The notes beneath the pieces were generated by a model, which was not told the DNA's origin, searched no databases, and saw only the letters and a list, made by a program, of their open reading frames with translations. A program made the position numbers and the translations under genes. From Squalus acanthias (lineage: Eukaryota): 64,000 nt of DNA. Below are positions 39,201-51,835 of this stretch, piece by piece; the stretch's first letter is position 1, and every line of letters starts with the position of its first letter. The DNA is taken from positions 1,552,001-1,616,000 of the forward strand of contig JASTWF010000033.1 of assembly GCA_030390025.1 (NCBI GenBank). The letters are read 5' to 3'.

Positions 39201-42200
39201 GTTGTTGACACTACTCTAACATTATTGGTGTTGACACTACTCTAAAATTAATGGTGGTGAACCTACTCTAACATTAATGGTGGTGACGCTACTGTAACAT
39301 TACTGGCGGTGACCCTACTTAAAATAACTGGCGGTGAAACTATCTAACATTACAGGTAGTGACCATACTGTAATATTACTGGAGGGGGCTCTACGCTAAT
39401 AAAATTGGTAGTGACTCTACTCTAACATTGATGGTGGTGACTCTACTCTAACATTATTGCTGGTGACCCGAAACTAACTTTACTGGTGGTGACCCAACTC
39501 TAACATTAATGGAGGTGACTCTACTGTAACATCACTGGTGGTGACCCTTCTATACCATTACTGGTGGTGAACCAACTCTAACATTACTGGTGGTGACTCT
39601 ACTGTAACATTACTGCTGGTGTCACTACTATACCATTACTGGTGGTGACCCAACTCTAACATTAATGGAGGTGACCCAACTCTAACATTACTGGTGGTGG
39701 CTGTACTCTACAATTTCTGGTGGAGTATCTGCTCTAACATTGCTGGTGGTGACTCTACTCTAATCTTTCAGGTGGTGACCGTACTCTAACATTACTGGTG
39801 ATGAATCTACTTTAACATTACTGATGGTTACCTTACACTAACATTAATGGTGGTGAACCTCCTTTAACGTTATGTTGGTGACTCCACTATAACATTACTG
39901 GTGCTGACCCGACTCTAACATTATTGATGGTGACACTACTCTAACAATACTGGTCGTGACCCTACTCTAACATTACTGGTGCTGCCTCTACTCTAACATT
40001 ATTGGTGGTGACTCTACTCTAACATTACTGGTGGTGACTCTACTCTAACAATACTGGTGGTGACCCTACTCTAACATTACTGGCGGTGACTCTACTCTAA
40101 CATTACTGTTGGTGACGCTCCTCTAACATTAATGGTGGTGACTCTACTCTAACAATACTGGAGGTGACCCTACTCTAACATTACTGGTGGTGACTCTACT
40201 CTAACATTACAGTGGTGACTCTACTCTAACATTACTGGTGGTGACTCTACTCTCACATTACGGGTGGTGACTCTACTCTAACATTGCTGGTGGTGACTCT
40301 ACTCTAACATTACTGTTGGTGACGCTCCTCTAACATTAATGGTGGTGACTCTACTCTAACAATACTGGAGGTGACCCTACTCTAACATTACTGGTGGTGA
40401 CTCTACTCTAACATTACAGTGGTGACTCTACTCTAACATTACTGGTGGTGACTCTACTCTCACATTACGGGTGGTGACTCTACTCTAACATTGCTGGTGG
40501 TGACTCTAATCTAACAATACTGGTGGTGACTCTACGCTAACATTACAGTGGTGACTCTACTCTAACATTACTGGTGGTGACTCTATTCTAACATTACTGG
40601 TGGTGACTTTACTCTAACATTTCAGGTGGTGACTCTACTCTAAAATTTCTGGTGGTGTATCTGCTGTAACATTGCTGGTAGTGACTCCACTGTAACATTA
40701 CTGGTGCTGACACGAATCTAATATTATTGGTGGTGACACTACTCTAACAATACTGGTGGTGATGCTACTCTAACATTAATGGCGGTGACCGTCCTCAAAC
40801 ATTACTGGTGGTGACCCTACTCTAACATTACTGCTGCTGACTCTGCTGTAACATTACTGGTGGTGACCCTACTCTAACATTACTGGTGGTGACCCGACTC
40901 TAACATTACTGGTGGTGAGTCTACTCTAACATTACTGTTGGTGACTCCACTCTAACATTAGTTGTGGTGACTCTACTCTAACATCACTGGTTGTGACCTA
41001 CTCTAACATTACTGGTGTTTATCCTACTCTAACATTACTGGTTGTGACCCTCCGTTAACATTACTGGTGCTGACTCTACTCTAACATTACTGGTGGTGAC
41101 GCTCCTCTAACATTAATGGTGGTGAATCTACTCTAACATTACTGGTGGTGACCCTACTCTAACATTACTGGTGGTGACCCTACTCTAACATTACTGGTGG
41201 TGACCATACACTAACATTACTGTTGGTGACTCTAGTCTAACATTAATGGTTTTTAGCCTACTTTAACATTACTGGTGGTGACTCTACCCTAACATTAATG
41301 GTGGTGAAATTACTGTAATATTTCTGGTAGTGACCCTACTCTAACATTAATCGTGGTGACTCTACTCCAGTATTACTGGTGGAGACCCTACTCTAACATT
41401 AATGGTGGGGGCTCTACTCTAATATTTCTGGCAGTGTATCTGCTCTAACATTACTGGTCGTGACTCTACTCTGACATTACTGGTGGTGAAGCTACTATAA
41501 CATTAATCGTGATGACCCTACTCTAACATTACTGGTGGTGACCCTCCGCTAACATTACTAGTGGTGACTCTACTATAACATTACTGGTGGTGCATGCACT
41601 CCAATATTACTGGTGGTCACCCTACTCTAACATTACTGTTGGTGTCACTACTCTATCATTACTGGTGGTGACACTACTATACAATTTCTGATGGTCTACT
41701 TGCTCTAACATTACTGGTGGTGAATCTACTGTATCTTTATTGGTGGTGACTCTACTCTTTCATTACTGGTGGTGACCCTAATATAAAATTACTGGTGGTG
41801 ACCCTACTATAACATTACTGGTGGAGACCCTACTCTAACATTACTGGTGGGGGCTCTACTCTAAAATTTCTGGTGGTGTATCTGCTGTAACATTGCTGGT
41901 AGTGACTCTACTGTAACATTTCAGGTGGTGACTCTACTCTAACAGTAATGTTGGTGACTCCACTGTAACATTACTGGTGGTGACAATACTGTAACATTTC
42001 TGGTGATGTATCTGCTCGAACATTACTGGTGGTCACCCTACTCTAACATTACTGGTGATGACTCTACTTTAACATTACTGGTGGTGAACCTACTCTAACA
42101 TTAATGGTGGTGACGCTACTCTATCATTAATGGTGGTGACTTTACTCTATCATTCCTGGTGGTGACCCTACACTAACATTACTGGTGGTGAACCTACTCT

Positions 42201-42283
42201 AACATTATTGGCATTGACTGTACTATAACATTACTGGTGCTGACCCTACTCTAACATTACTGGGAGTCAAACTACTTTAACAT
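30290..42283. repeat. 26-bp tandem satellite, consensus CTACTCTAACATTACTGGTGGTGAC(C/T)
   Basis: Direct reading (e.g. units starting at 32281 and 32307); roughly 450 units, most degenerate at the left edge. Confidence 0.97.
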
Positions 42284-42383
42284 TACGATAGCAAAATACT
42301 GCGGATGCTGGAAATCTGAAATAACAACAGAAAAAGCTGGAAAAACTCAGCAGGCCAGGCAGCATCCGTGGAGAGAGAAAGAG

Positions 42384-42420
42384 AGTTAACGTTTCAGGTC
42401 GATGACCTTTCGTCAGAACT
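42384..42420 (-). ncRNA. Minimal type I hammerhead ribozyme motif in the PLE 3' repeat
   Basis: AGUU-CUGACGA-A-AGGUC-AUC-GACCU-GAAA-CG-UU-AACU: conserved core, helix I and II pair, palindromic minimal helix III. Confidence 0.75.
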
Positions 42421-42696
42421 GTGAAGAGCCGGAAATCAAATAGATTTAAGGCCCGAGTAAAGCTGGGAAAAGGGGGAGGGGATAAAAGAACAAAAGGGGA
42501 GATGAAGAGACATTAAGAGACATTAAGAGATATGCAAGGCTAGAGGTGGTGTTAATGTGACAGATTAAGGCTGAAAGAAGTGTGAAATCCACTGGCAGAA
42601 TGAAGGACAGCTGCCAGCTTCTAGGAGGAAAAAAAAGGTGGGGGGGGCAAATAAAAGGATGGAAAAAATAAAATATAAATGTGATTGGAGCTGAGG

Positions 42697-45445
42697 TTAT
42701 GATCTAAAATTGTTGAACTCGATATTGAGTCCAGAGGGCTGTAGCGTGCCTAAACGAAAGATGAGGTGCTGTTCCTCGAGCTTACGCTGCGCTTCCGTGG
42801 AACAGTGTAATAGGCCAAGGACGGTGAGGTCAGAGTGGGAGTGAAGCGGTGAATTAAAGTGACAGGCCACCGGGAGCTCGGGGTCCCCTTACGGACTGAA
42901 CGGAGGTGTTCCGCAAAGCGGTCACCCAATCTGCGTTTGGTCTCCCCAATGTAGAGGAGACCACATCGTGAGCAGCGAATACAGTATACTAAATTGCAGG
43001 AAGTACAAGTAAATCGCTGTTTCACCTGGAAGGGGTGTTTGGGGCCCTGGACAGTGGGAAGGGGGGAGGTGTAAGGGCATGTGTTGCATCTCCTGCGCGT
43101 GCACGGGAAGGTGCCGGGCGAAGGGGAAGGGGTGCTGGGGGTGTTAGAGGAGTGGACTAGGGTGTCGCGGAGGGAGCGGTCCCTGCGGAATGCTGAAAGG
43201 GGTGGTGAGGGGAAGATGTGTTTGGTGGTGGGATCACGCTGGAGGTGGCGGAAATGGCGGAGGATGATCCGTTGAATGTGGAGGCTGGTGGGGTGAAAGG
43301 TGAGGACAAGGGAAAACCTATCGTGTTTCCGGGAGGGAGGGGCAGGGGTGAGGGCAGAAGTGCGGGAGATAGAACGGACACGGTCGAGGGCCGTGTCGAC
43401 CACGGTAGAGGGGAATCCTCGGTTGAGGAAAAAGGAAGACATGTCGGAAGCACTGGTATGGAAGGTGGCATCATCAGAGCAGATGCGGCGGAGACGGAGA
43501 AACTGGGAGAATGGAATAGAGTCCTTACAGGAGGCGGGGTGGGAGGAAGTGTAGTCCAGGTAGCTGTGGGAGTCAGTGGGCTTGTAGTGAATGTTAGTCA
43601 ATAACCTATCCCCAGAAATGGAGATGGAGAAGTCGAGTAAGGGAAGGGAAGAGTCGGAGATGGACCATGTGAAGGTGAGGGAAGGGTTTAAATTGGAAGC
43701 ATAGTGAATGAAATGTTCTAGTTCAGGGCGAGAGCAGGAGACGGCACCGATACAGTCATCAATGTACCGGAAAAAGAGGTGAGGGAGGGGACCCGAGTAG
43801 GACTGGAACAAAGAGTGTTCCACATATCCCACGAAAAGGCAGGCATAGCTAGGACCCATGCGGGTACCCATAGCAACACCTTTAATTTGGAGGAAATGGG
43901 TAGAGTCAAAGGAGAAGTTGTTCAATGTGAGAACAAGTTCAGCCAGGCGGAGGAGGGTGGTGGTGGATGGGGACTGGTTGGGCCTCTGTTCAAGGAAGAA
44001 GCGGAGCGCCCTCAGGCCATCCTGGTGGGGAATGGAGGTGTAGAGGGATTGTACGTCCATAGTGAAGAGGAGACGGTTGGGGCCGGGAAACTGGAAACTG
44101 TTAAAATGGCGGAGGGCATCGGAAGAGTCGCGGATGTAGGTGGGAAGAGACTGGACAAGGGGAGAAAAAATAGAGTCGAGATAGGAAGAGATAAGTTCCG
44201 TGGGGCAAGAACAGGCTGAAACGATGGGTCTACCGGGGCAGTCCTGTTTGTGGATCTTGGGAAGGAGGTAGAAGCGGGCTGTGCGCGGTTGGGGAACTAT
44301 GAGGTTGGCGGCCGTGGGGGGAAGATCTCCAGAGGAGATGAGGTCAGTGACGGTCTTGGACACGGTGGCTTGATGTTCAGTAGTGGGGTCATGGTCCAGG
44401 TGGAGGTAGGAGGAGGTGTCAGAGAGTTGGCGTTCAACTTCCGCTAGGTAGAGGTCGGTTCGCCAAACAACAACAGCGCCACCCTTGTCAGCAGGTTTAA
44501 TGACAATGTCAGGGTTGGATCGGAGAGAATGGAGTGCTGCAAGTTCAGAGGGAGGTAGGTTGGAGTGAGTGAGGGGAGCAGAGAAATTGAGCTGGCCGAT
44601 GTCGCGGCGGCAGTTAGCAATGAAAAGATCTAGAGAGGGTAAGAGGCCAGAGGGAGGGGTCCAGGTGGAACGAGAATTCTGAAAGCGGGAGAAAGGGTCA
44701 GCCGTGTGGGGGGAAGACTCCTGGCCAGAGAAGTGGGCACGTGACGGAGGCGGCGGAAAAAGAGCTCAGCATCGTGCCGAGCTCGAAATTCATTGAGATG
44801 GGGGCGTAAGGGGATGAAGCTCAGGCCTTTGCTGAGGACTGATCGTTCGGAGTCAGAGAGGGGAAGGTCAGAGGGGATAGTGAAAACGCGGCAGGGGGTG
44901 AGATTGGGAGAAGGGGGGTCAGAGGAAAGTGAAGGGGAAGAAGGTTCCGGAGGGGCGTTAGTGTCCGAGAGTTGTTGAAGCTTGCGATCCTTGACATCGG
45001 AAAGGAAGAAGAAAAGTTTTTTGTTGAAGCGTCGGATGAGTCTAAGGATGAAATGGAACTGTGGACCCGGACAGCTTTGAGATAGAGTGCGTCGGTGCTG
45101 CTGAAGAGAGAGGTCGAGAGTGTTCATGTGGCGCCACATGGCGTTGAGCGTGGATCTCAAGATGCGGCGAGAGCAGTAGTTCGAGGAACGATGAATATCT
45201 TGGAGATATTTGTAATCCTGGGTTGATCCGAAACACGAAGGGTGGAAGTTTAGTTGGAATCCACGTGGGATAAGTCGGAACCGGAGACAGTTGCTGAGGA
45301 AAGTAATGTGGCTGTGAAACCGAGTCTTGGAAGATACCTGATCAAACACGAGAAGGGAAACTGAAATCAATGAAGATGAACAAGGTTGAAGAGCCAAACG
45401 GAAATCCCGTCGAAGAGAAGAGCAGATCTTCTTCAAGGTAGGCAT
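42697..45445 (-). pseudogene. PLE RT + GIY-YIG endonuclease ORF (about 916 aa) with two single-base frameshifts
   Basis: ORFs 44630-45562 and 42750-44363 join via a shift near 44742. A second shift near 42886 restores RKGDPELPVACHFNS...EFNNFRS*. Confidence 0.85.
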
Positions 45446-45580
45446 TCCTAGAAGAGAGGTGGCAGTGAACCAAACACTAATACGATAGCAAAATACTGCG
45501 GATGCTGGAAATCTGAAATAACAACAGAAAAAGCTGGAAAAACTCAGCAGGCCAGGCAGCATCCGTGGAGAGAGAAAGAG

Positions 45581-45617
45581 AGTTAACGTTTCAGGTCGAT
45601 GACCTTTCGTCAGAACT
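45581..45617 (-). ncRNA. Minimal type I hammerhead ribozyme motif in the PLE 5' repeat
   Basis: Identical to 42384-42420. Confidence 0.75.
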
Positions 45618-46095
45618 GTGAAGAGCCGGAAATCAAATAGATTTAAGGCCAGAGTAAAGCTGGGAAAAGGGGGAGGGGATAAAGGAACAAAGGGGGAGAT
45701 GAAGAGACATTAAGAGACATTAAGAGATATACAAGGCTAGAGGTGGTGTTAATGTGACAGATTAAGGCTGAAAGAAGTGTGAAATCCACTGGCAGAATGA
45801 AGGACAGCTGCCAGCTTCTAGGAGGAAAAAAAAGGTGGGGGGGGCAAATAAAAGGATGGAAAAAATAAAATATAAATGTGATTGGAGCTGAGGTTATGAT
45901 CTAAAATTGTTGAACTCGATATTGAGTCCAGAAGGCTGTAGCGTGCCTAAACGAAAGATGAGGTGCTGTTCCTCGAGCTTACGCTGCGCTTCCGTGGAAC
46001 AGTGTAATAGGCCAAGGACGGTGAGGTCAGAGTGGGAGTGAAGCGGTGAATTAAAGTGACAGGCCACCGGGAGCTCGGGGTCCCCCTTACGGACT

Positions 46096-46465
46096 TTAAC
46101 ATTACTGTTGGTTACTCTACCCTAACATTACTGGTAATTAACCCACTCCAAAATTAGTGGTGGTGACCTTATTCTAGTATTAATGGTGGTGACCCTACTC
46201 TAACATTCCGGTGGTGAACCTACTCTAACATTACTGGTGTTGACCCTACTCTAACATTAATGGTGGTCACACTACTCTAACATTACTGGTGGTGACTCTA
46301 CTCTGACATTACTGATGGTGAAGCTACTATAACATTAATGGAGGTGTCCCTAATCTAACATTACTGGAGATGACCCTACTGTATAATTACTGGTGGTTAC
46401 TCTAATCTAACATTAATGGTGGAGACTCGATCATTTCTGGTGGTGTTTCTACTATAACATTACTC
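46096..46465. repeat. Continuation of the 26-bp satellite
   Basis: Same consensus and orientation resume right after the PLE. Confidence 0.93.
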
Positions 46466-46859
46466 GGACAGACCGTCTTAAGTTTAAGGTGCCCGAAGTT
46501 TCCTGAGTTCTATTTTCTTCCTTTCTATATTTACTGCGTCCTTTTCTCTGCAATTATTGTTTCCTATTATTCTGTTTTCACTTGTTCCTTGTGCTTACTG
46601 TCTCCTAAGATTCCTTATTCCTGTTCCCTGTGTTTCCTTTGCTCCCTGTGATAGGTCAAGTCCATACAAAGTATGAGGGTACCAAAGTGCTAATTGAAAG
46701 GGAGCAACAAGTACCCCAAAATAAACAGGGTCTCCGAAGTCTGAATTACATAGAAATTACAACATGGAATCGGCCCAAACATTCCGTATAGTTGATAATT
46801 AACTTCAAATTACATGTGCACACCCGGTTCCCATATCACTTTATCCCACATTACATTTT

Positions 46860-47145
46860 TTATTTGTTTATTGTTTGTGAGCATCGCTGGCAAGGACAGC
46901 ATTTATTGGCCATCCCGAATGGCTCCTGAGAATGTGATGGTGAGCCGCCTTCTTAAACCGCTGCAATCCGTGTGGTGAAGGTACTCCCACAGTGCTGCTA
47001 GGGAGGGAGTTCCAGGATTTTGACCCAGCGGCGATGAAGGATCGACGATATACTTCTATGTCAGGATGGTGTGTGACTTGGAGGGGAAGTTGGAGGTGGT
47101 GGTTTTCCCATGCGCCTGCTACCCTAGTTGGAAGATGTCGCGGGT
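46860..47145 (-). mobile_element. LINE/SINE 3'-end fragment
   Basis: Recalled shark repeat tail (gctggcaaggacagcatttattg...gggagggagttccaggattttgacccagcg). Confidence 0.55.
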
Positions 47146-47274
47146 TACCACCTATCTAATATATTCAAAACCGTTCACATTTTTAATGTTCATTCAATGA
47201 TGTTGCCAGTTACTGATAATCAAAGTTGCCATGAGAAGTTGATTTGAATGAGCAATCTATGTTGCCGGAGACTT

Positions 47275-47480
47275 CCCGACGGGACGTTAAGTCGATGCCT
47301 TCTCTGACCTCTTGTGTGGACGTTAAAGATCCCATGGCACTATTGAGAAGAAGAGCAGTGGAATTCTCCCCGGCGACCTAACAAGTATTTAAACTCAAAC
47401 AACATTATAACAGATCATCTGGTGATTATTACAGTGTGGAAGTATGATGTGCCCAAATTGGCCACCACATCTACTGCACT
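47275..47480 (+). mobile_element. DeuSINE central domain (left part)
   Basis: ggacgttaaagatcccatggcactatt...gaagagcag..ttctccccgg matches the recalled Deu-domain consensus. Confidence 0.7.
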
Positions 47481-47482
47481 AC

Positions 47483-49116
47483 TGAAATAAAAACAGACAA
47501 TGCGGGAGATACTCAGCAGGTCAGGCAGCATCTGTGAAGCGAGAAACAGAGTTAACGTTTCAGGTCGATGAACTTTGCTCATTGAGGGTGGTGGTGGATG
47601 GGGACTGGTTGGTCCTCTGTTCAAGGAAGAAGCGGAGGGCCCTCAGGACATGCTGGTGGGGGATGGAGGTGTAGAGGGATTGTACGTCCATAGTGAAAAG
47701 GAGGCCGCTGGGGCCGGGAAACTGGAAACTAGCGGAAGTTGATCGCCAACTCTCTGACACCTCCTCCTACCTCCGCCTGGACCTTGACCCCACTACCGAA
47801 CGTCAAGCCACCGTTTCCAACACTGTCACTGACCTCATTTCCTCTGGAGATCTTCGCCCCACAGCCGCCAAACTCATAGCTGCCCAACCAGCACAGCCCG
47901 CTTCTACCTCCTTCCCAAGATCCATAAACAGGTCTGCCCTTGTAGAATCATCGTTTCAGCCTGTTCTTGCCCCACAGAACTTATCTCTTCCTATCTCGAC
48001 TCTATTTTTACTCCCCTTGTCCATTCTCTCCCCACCTACATCTGTGACTCTTCCGATGCACTCCGTCACTTTAACAGTTTCCAGTTTCCTGGCCCCAACC
48101 GCCTCCTTTTCACTATGGACGTGCAATCCCGTCTCCTGCGTTATCCCACCACCAAACACATCTTCCCCTCACTTCCCCTATCAGCATTCCGAAGGGACCG
48201 CTACCTCCGCGACTCCCTGGTCCACTCCTTTATCACCCCAAACAACACTTCCCCTTCGCCCGGTACCTTCCCGTACAAGCGCAGGAGATGCAACACCTGC
48301 CCTTATACCTCCCCCCTTCACACTGTCCAGGGCCCCAAACACCCCTTCCAGGTGAAACAGCGATTTACTTGTACTTCTTGCAATTTAGTATACTGTATTC
48401 GCTGCTTACGATACGGTGTCCTCTACATTGGTGCGACCAAACGCAGATTGGTTGACCGCTTTGTGGAACACCTCCGTTCAGTCCGTAAGGGTGACCCCGA
48501 GCTTCCGGTCGCCTGTCACTTTAATTCTCCGCTTCACTCCCACTCAGACCTCACCTTCCTCGGCCTCTCGCATTATTCCACTTAAGCACAGTGTAAGCTT
48601 GAGGAACAAGACCTCATCTCTCGATTCGGCACTTTAAAGCCTTCTGGACTCAACATGGATTTCAACAATTTCAGATAATAACTTCGGCTCCTATCATATA
48701 TATATTTTTATTCACACTTTTTGTCTGTGTCTTTTTCTCTTCTCTCCCTCATGACAGCTGACTTTCATTCCACCAGCGCGATTCACACTTCATCTGGAGC
48801 CTTCCTTTGTTTCTTAACCTGTCCAATTACCATCTCCTTTTGCCTTGAATATCTCTTAATGTCTATTAACCTCTCCTGCCTTCTATCCTATCACAGACCT
48901 TCCCTTTTGTTCTTTCATCCCCGCTCCCCTTCCCCACCTCCCACACTTGCTTAAATATCTGTTACATTTCCTGCTTTTTTCCAGTACTGACGAAAGGTCA
49001 TCGACCTGAAAAGTTAAATCTGTTTCTCTCTTTACAGATGCTGCCTGACCTGCTGAGTATCTCCAGCATTTTCTGTTTTTCATTCAGATTTCCAGCATCT
49101 GCAGTATTTTCTTTTT
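47483..49116 (+). mobile_element. Rearranged Penelope-like element (inverted 5' piece, internal deletion)
   Basis: 47483-47728 is minus-strand terminal repeat plus RT piece. 47729-49116 is plus-strand RT start, a deletion near 48128, GIY-YIG (ORF 48115-48585) and a 3' repeat with a decayed hammerhead at 48983-49019. Confidence 0.88.
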
Positions 49117-49121
49117 GTCTC

Positions 49122-49195
49122 ACAAGTACTGAATTGGCTGTAAATTGCTTCGTGATATCCTGAGCTGGTGAAAGACGCTCTATCAATGCAAGGCT
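49122..49195 (+). mobile_element. DeuSINE 3' tail (right part)
   Basis: aagtactgaattggctgtaaattgctt..gatatcctgag..gtgaaagacgctctatcaatgcaag continues the SINE broken at 47480. Confidence 0.65.
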
Positions 49196-50807
49196 TCCTT
49201 TGAAAAGCATATAACACAAAACTGCTCCCGGATTGTGCAGGACAGATGAATCAGTGAGCATTTAATGAATGGTGATGTGACTGAGGAGAGCGGGCACACT
49301 GAGCGCTGTGCAGCAAGCAAACAATCAAGAAGAGGACTGAGCTACAAAGCCCAATAAACATGACGTTTCAGGCTCTAATGCTGCAGCTGTGATGTGCTCC
49401 AGTCAGGACTGACCCAGGGTATTGACCTTATTTCTGGTCACTCATGTACAAAGTTAGCATCCACTCCTGTTAGCGGGATAGAGGGAGGCGGCTAGGCCGC
49501 GATCCAGTGTCAGAGAGCTCGGCCACGAGGAAAGTGCAGCGAAAAATCACGCTGTTAAAATGTAATCGCGGTGCAGGAACATACAAAGATAGGAAAAGAC
49601 CAACTGGCCCAGCAATCCTGCTTCCTCAGGTTTGTAACATCAGGGCGTTCTACCTCCATGTGATCTCTTGGGAGCGGTAAAATACTAGGAAAGAAAGAGG
49701 GCCAATAACGGGGGGAAATCCTCTCCGACATGCTCAGGCGATCGAGACCAGTCCAATAGATCACAGTGGCCATGCGCTCGTTAAAAGTTAACCCATTTAC
49801 ATTTAATATGAGGCGATCTCTGGCCCAGCCAAGACCAGTCCAGCTCCCTGCTGAAGGGATGCAGAGAGTCAGCACACACCGCACAAACTGGCAACGCAAT
49901 CCAAACGTTCTCTACTCTCTGGGAAAGCCGAGCATCCAGCCTATTCCTACGTTAGTGTATTTTCAATGCGTGTTCTCTGGTCCTCTCCATCCTCTCAAAC
50001 TATAATAACCTGTCAATAGACATTCTATCCATGGCTTACATTATTTTATATAACTCTCAGTTCGCCTCTAAGACTGTGGAACTGTTGAGTTAGGCAAGGT
50101 ACGAGGGGTGATAAACAAGGATTATCTTAATCAGGTTTAAGGGTACAGAGCGTTAAAGGACCAGAGCTTGGATCATGTGTCAATGCTTCATACTTGTGCT
50201 GACTGATCACTGATTTGATATTCTGGGTCGGGATGGGCGGAAGACTGTTGAACCGTTGAAGGAGGAGCAAGAGACCGTGATGGGATTGTGGATCCAGTGG
50301 ATTGATCTGCTCGATGGACCGAAAGTCATGCCTCATCCGCACATATCTGAGTGAACCAGGGCTTCATCAGAGTTTGGAGTGCGCAAAGAACAGGTTGAAC
50401 ATTAACTAGAGGACCGGTAGTTAGTGGCACTAAGCGGTTAACAAGGGGATTGATTATAACTAGTTAATGAATAAGGCAGCACCTCTAAGGATTAGCCATA
50501 ATTTTATTTTAGATTGATCTTAACTAGTTGTTGTTTTTGACAGAGGACAGAGCTACATTAATTGATTAATAATATGTTTGTATAGTTACTTTGAGACTGT
50601 ACATGGAAGTTTTATTCGTTGATTGTAGTTTTGCTATTTATTTAGACACCGAGAGTTTAACCAAGCCTTCAAATATAATAATTTAGTGAATTAGACATGG
50701 CAGTGAGGGGTGAATACATGTTTGGTTAAAATAACATTAAACAGATCATTGAGACCTTAACAACAGGCTCCGTTTCAAAGACTTCAATCAAACAGAGCAC
50801 CAAAGAA

Positions 50808-51835
50808 AGGGGAGGTGCAACGAGACCTGGGCGTCATGGTACATCAGTCACTGAAGGTGGGAAGGCAAGTGCAGCAGGCAGTCAAGAAAGCAAATGGCAT
50901 GATGGCCTTCATAGCAAGGGGATTTGAGTACATGAGTAGGGAGGTGATGCTACAGTTGTACAGGGCCTTGGTGATGCCACACCTGGAGTATTGTGTGCAG
51001 TTTTGGTCTCCTAACTTGAGGAAGGACATTCTTGCTATTGAGGGAGTGCAACGAATGTTCACTAGATTGATTCCTGGGATGGCCAGACTGACATATCAAG
51101 AAAGGCTGGATCAACTGAACTTTTATCCTCTGGAGTTCAGAAGAATGAGGGGGGATCTTATAGAGACGTTTAAAATCCTGACTGGTTTAGACAAATTAGA
51201 TGCGGGCAGAATGTTTCCAATGTTAGGGAAAGCTAAAACCAAGGGTCACAGTCTAAGGATAAAGGGGAAGCCATTTAAGACTGAAATGAGGAGGAACTTC
51301 TTCACCCAGAGAGTGGTGAATCTGTGAAATTCTCTACCACAGAAGGTTGTTGAGGCCAGTTCGCTAAATATATTCAAAAGGGAGTTAGATATAATACTCA
51401 CAACTAGGGGGATCAAGGGGTATGGCGAGAAAGCAGGAATGGGGTACTGAGGTAGCATGTTCAGCCATGAACGCATTGAATGGCGGTGCAGGCTCGAAGG
51501 ACCGAATGGTCTACTCCTGCACCTATTGTCTATGTTTCTCTGTTTCTATGTTTAAAAATAAGGGGTCGCCCGTTTAAGACAGAGATGAGGAGAATTTTTT
51601 TTCTCACAGAGGGTCGTGAGTCTTTGGAACTCCCTTCCTCAGAGGGCGGTGGAAGCAGAGTTTTTGAATATTTTTAAGGCAGTGGTAGATAGATTCTTGA
51701 TCAGCAAGGGGGTGAAAGGTTATCGGGGGTAGGCAGGAATGTGGAGTAATCAGATCAGCCATGATCTTATTGAATGGCGAAGCAGGCTCGAAGGGCCGAG
51801 TGTCCTACTACTGCTCCTAATTTGTATGTTCGTAT
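50808..51835 (+). mobile_element. Two stacked CR1 3' ends
   Basis: ORF 50815-51327 is a CR1 C-terminus with a (tatgtttc)n tail near 51530-51552. A second shorter 3' end spans 51553-51835. Confidence 0.9.

Larger units (their letters stand above)
42284..46095 (-). mobile_element. Near-intact Penelope-like retroelement (Neptune type) with direct pseudo-LTRs
   Basis: 42284-42897 is repeated at 45481-46095. The ORF from ATG 45445 to TAA 42697 has IKPADKG, GVAMG, RYIDD, a Cys-rich linker (CTRRRCNTC) and a GIY-YIG nuclease (VYCIRCSRCGLLYIGET). Confidence 0.95.

Noticed and set aside
30290..46465. CRISPR-like appearance of the short regular repeat
   Set aside because: Units are head-to-tail with no unique spacers, no cas genes, vertebrate context; the adjacent RT is a Penelope element.
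49240..50800. Possible gene or LTR in the unassigned interval
   Set aside because: Part resembles a LINE tail (about 49575-49990); no supportable ORF, terminal repeats or motif in the rest.
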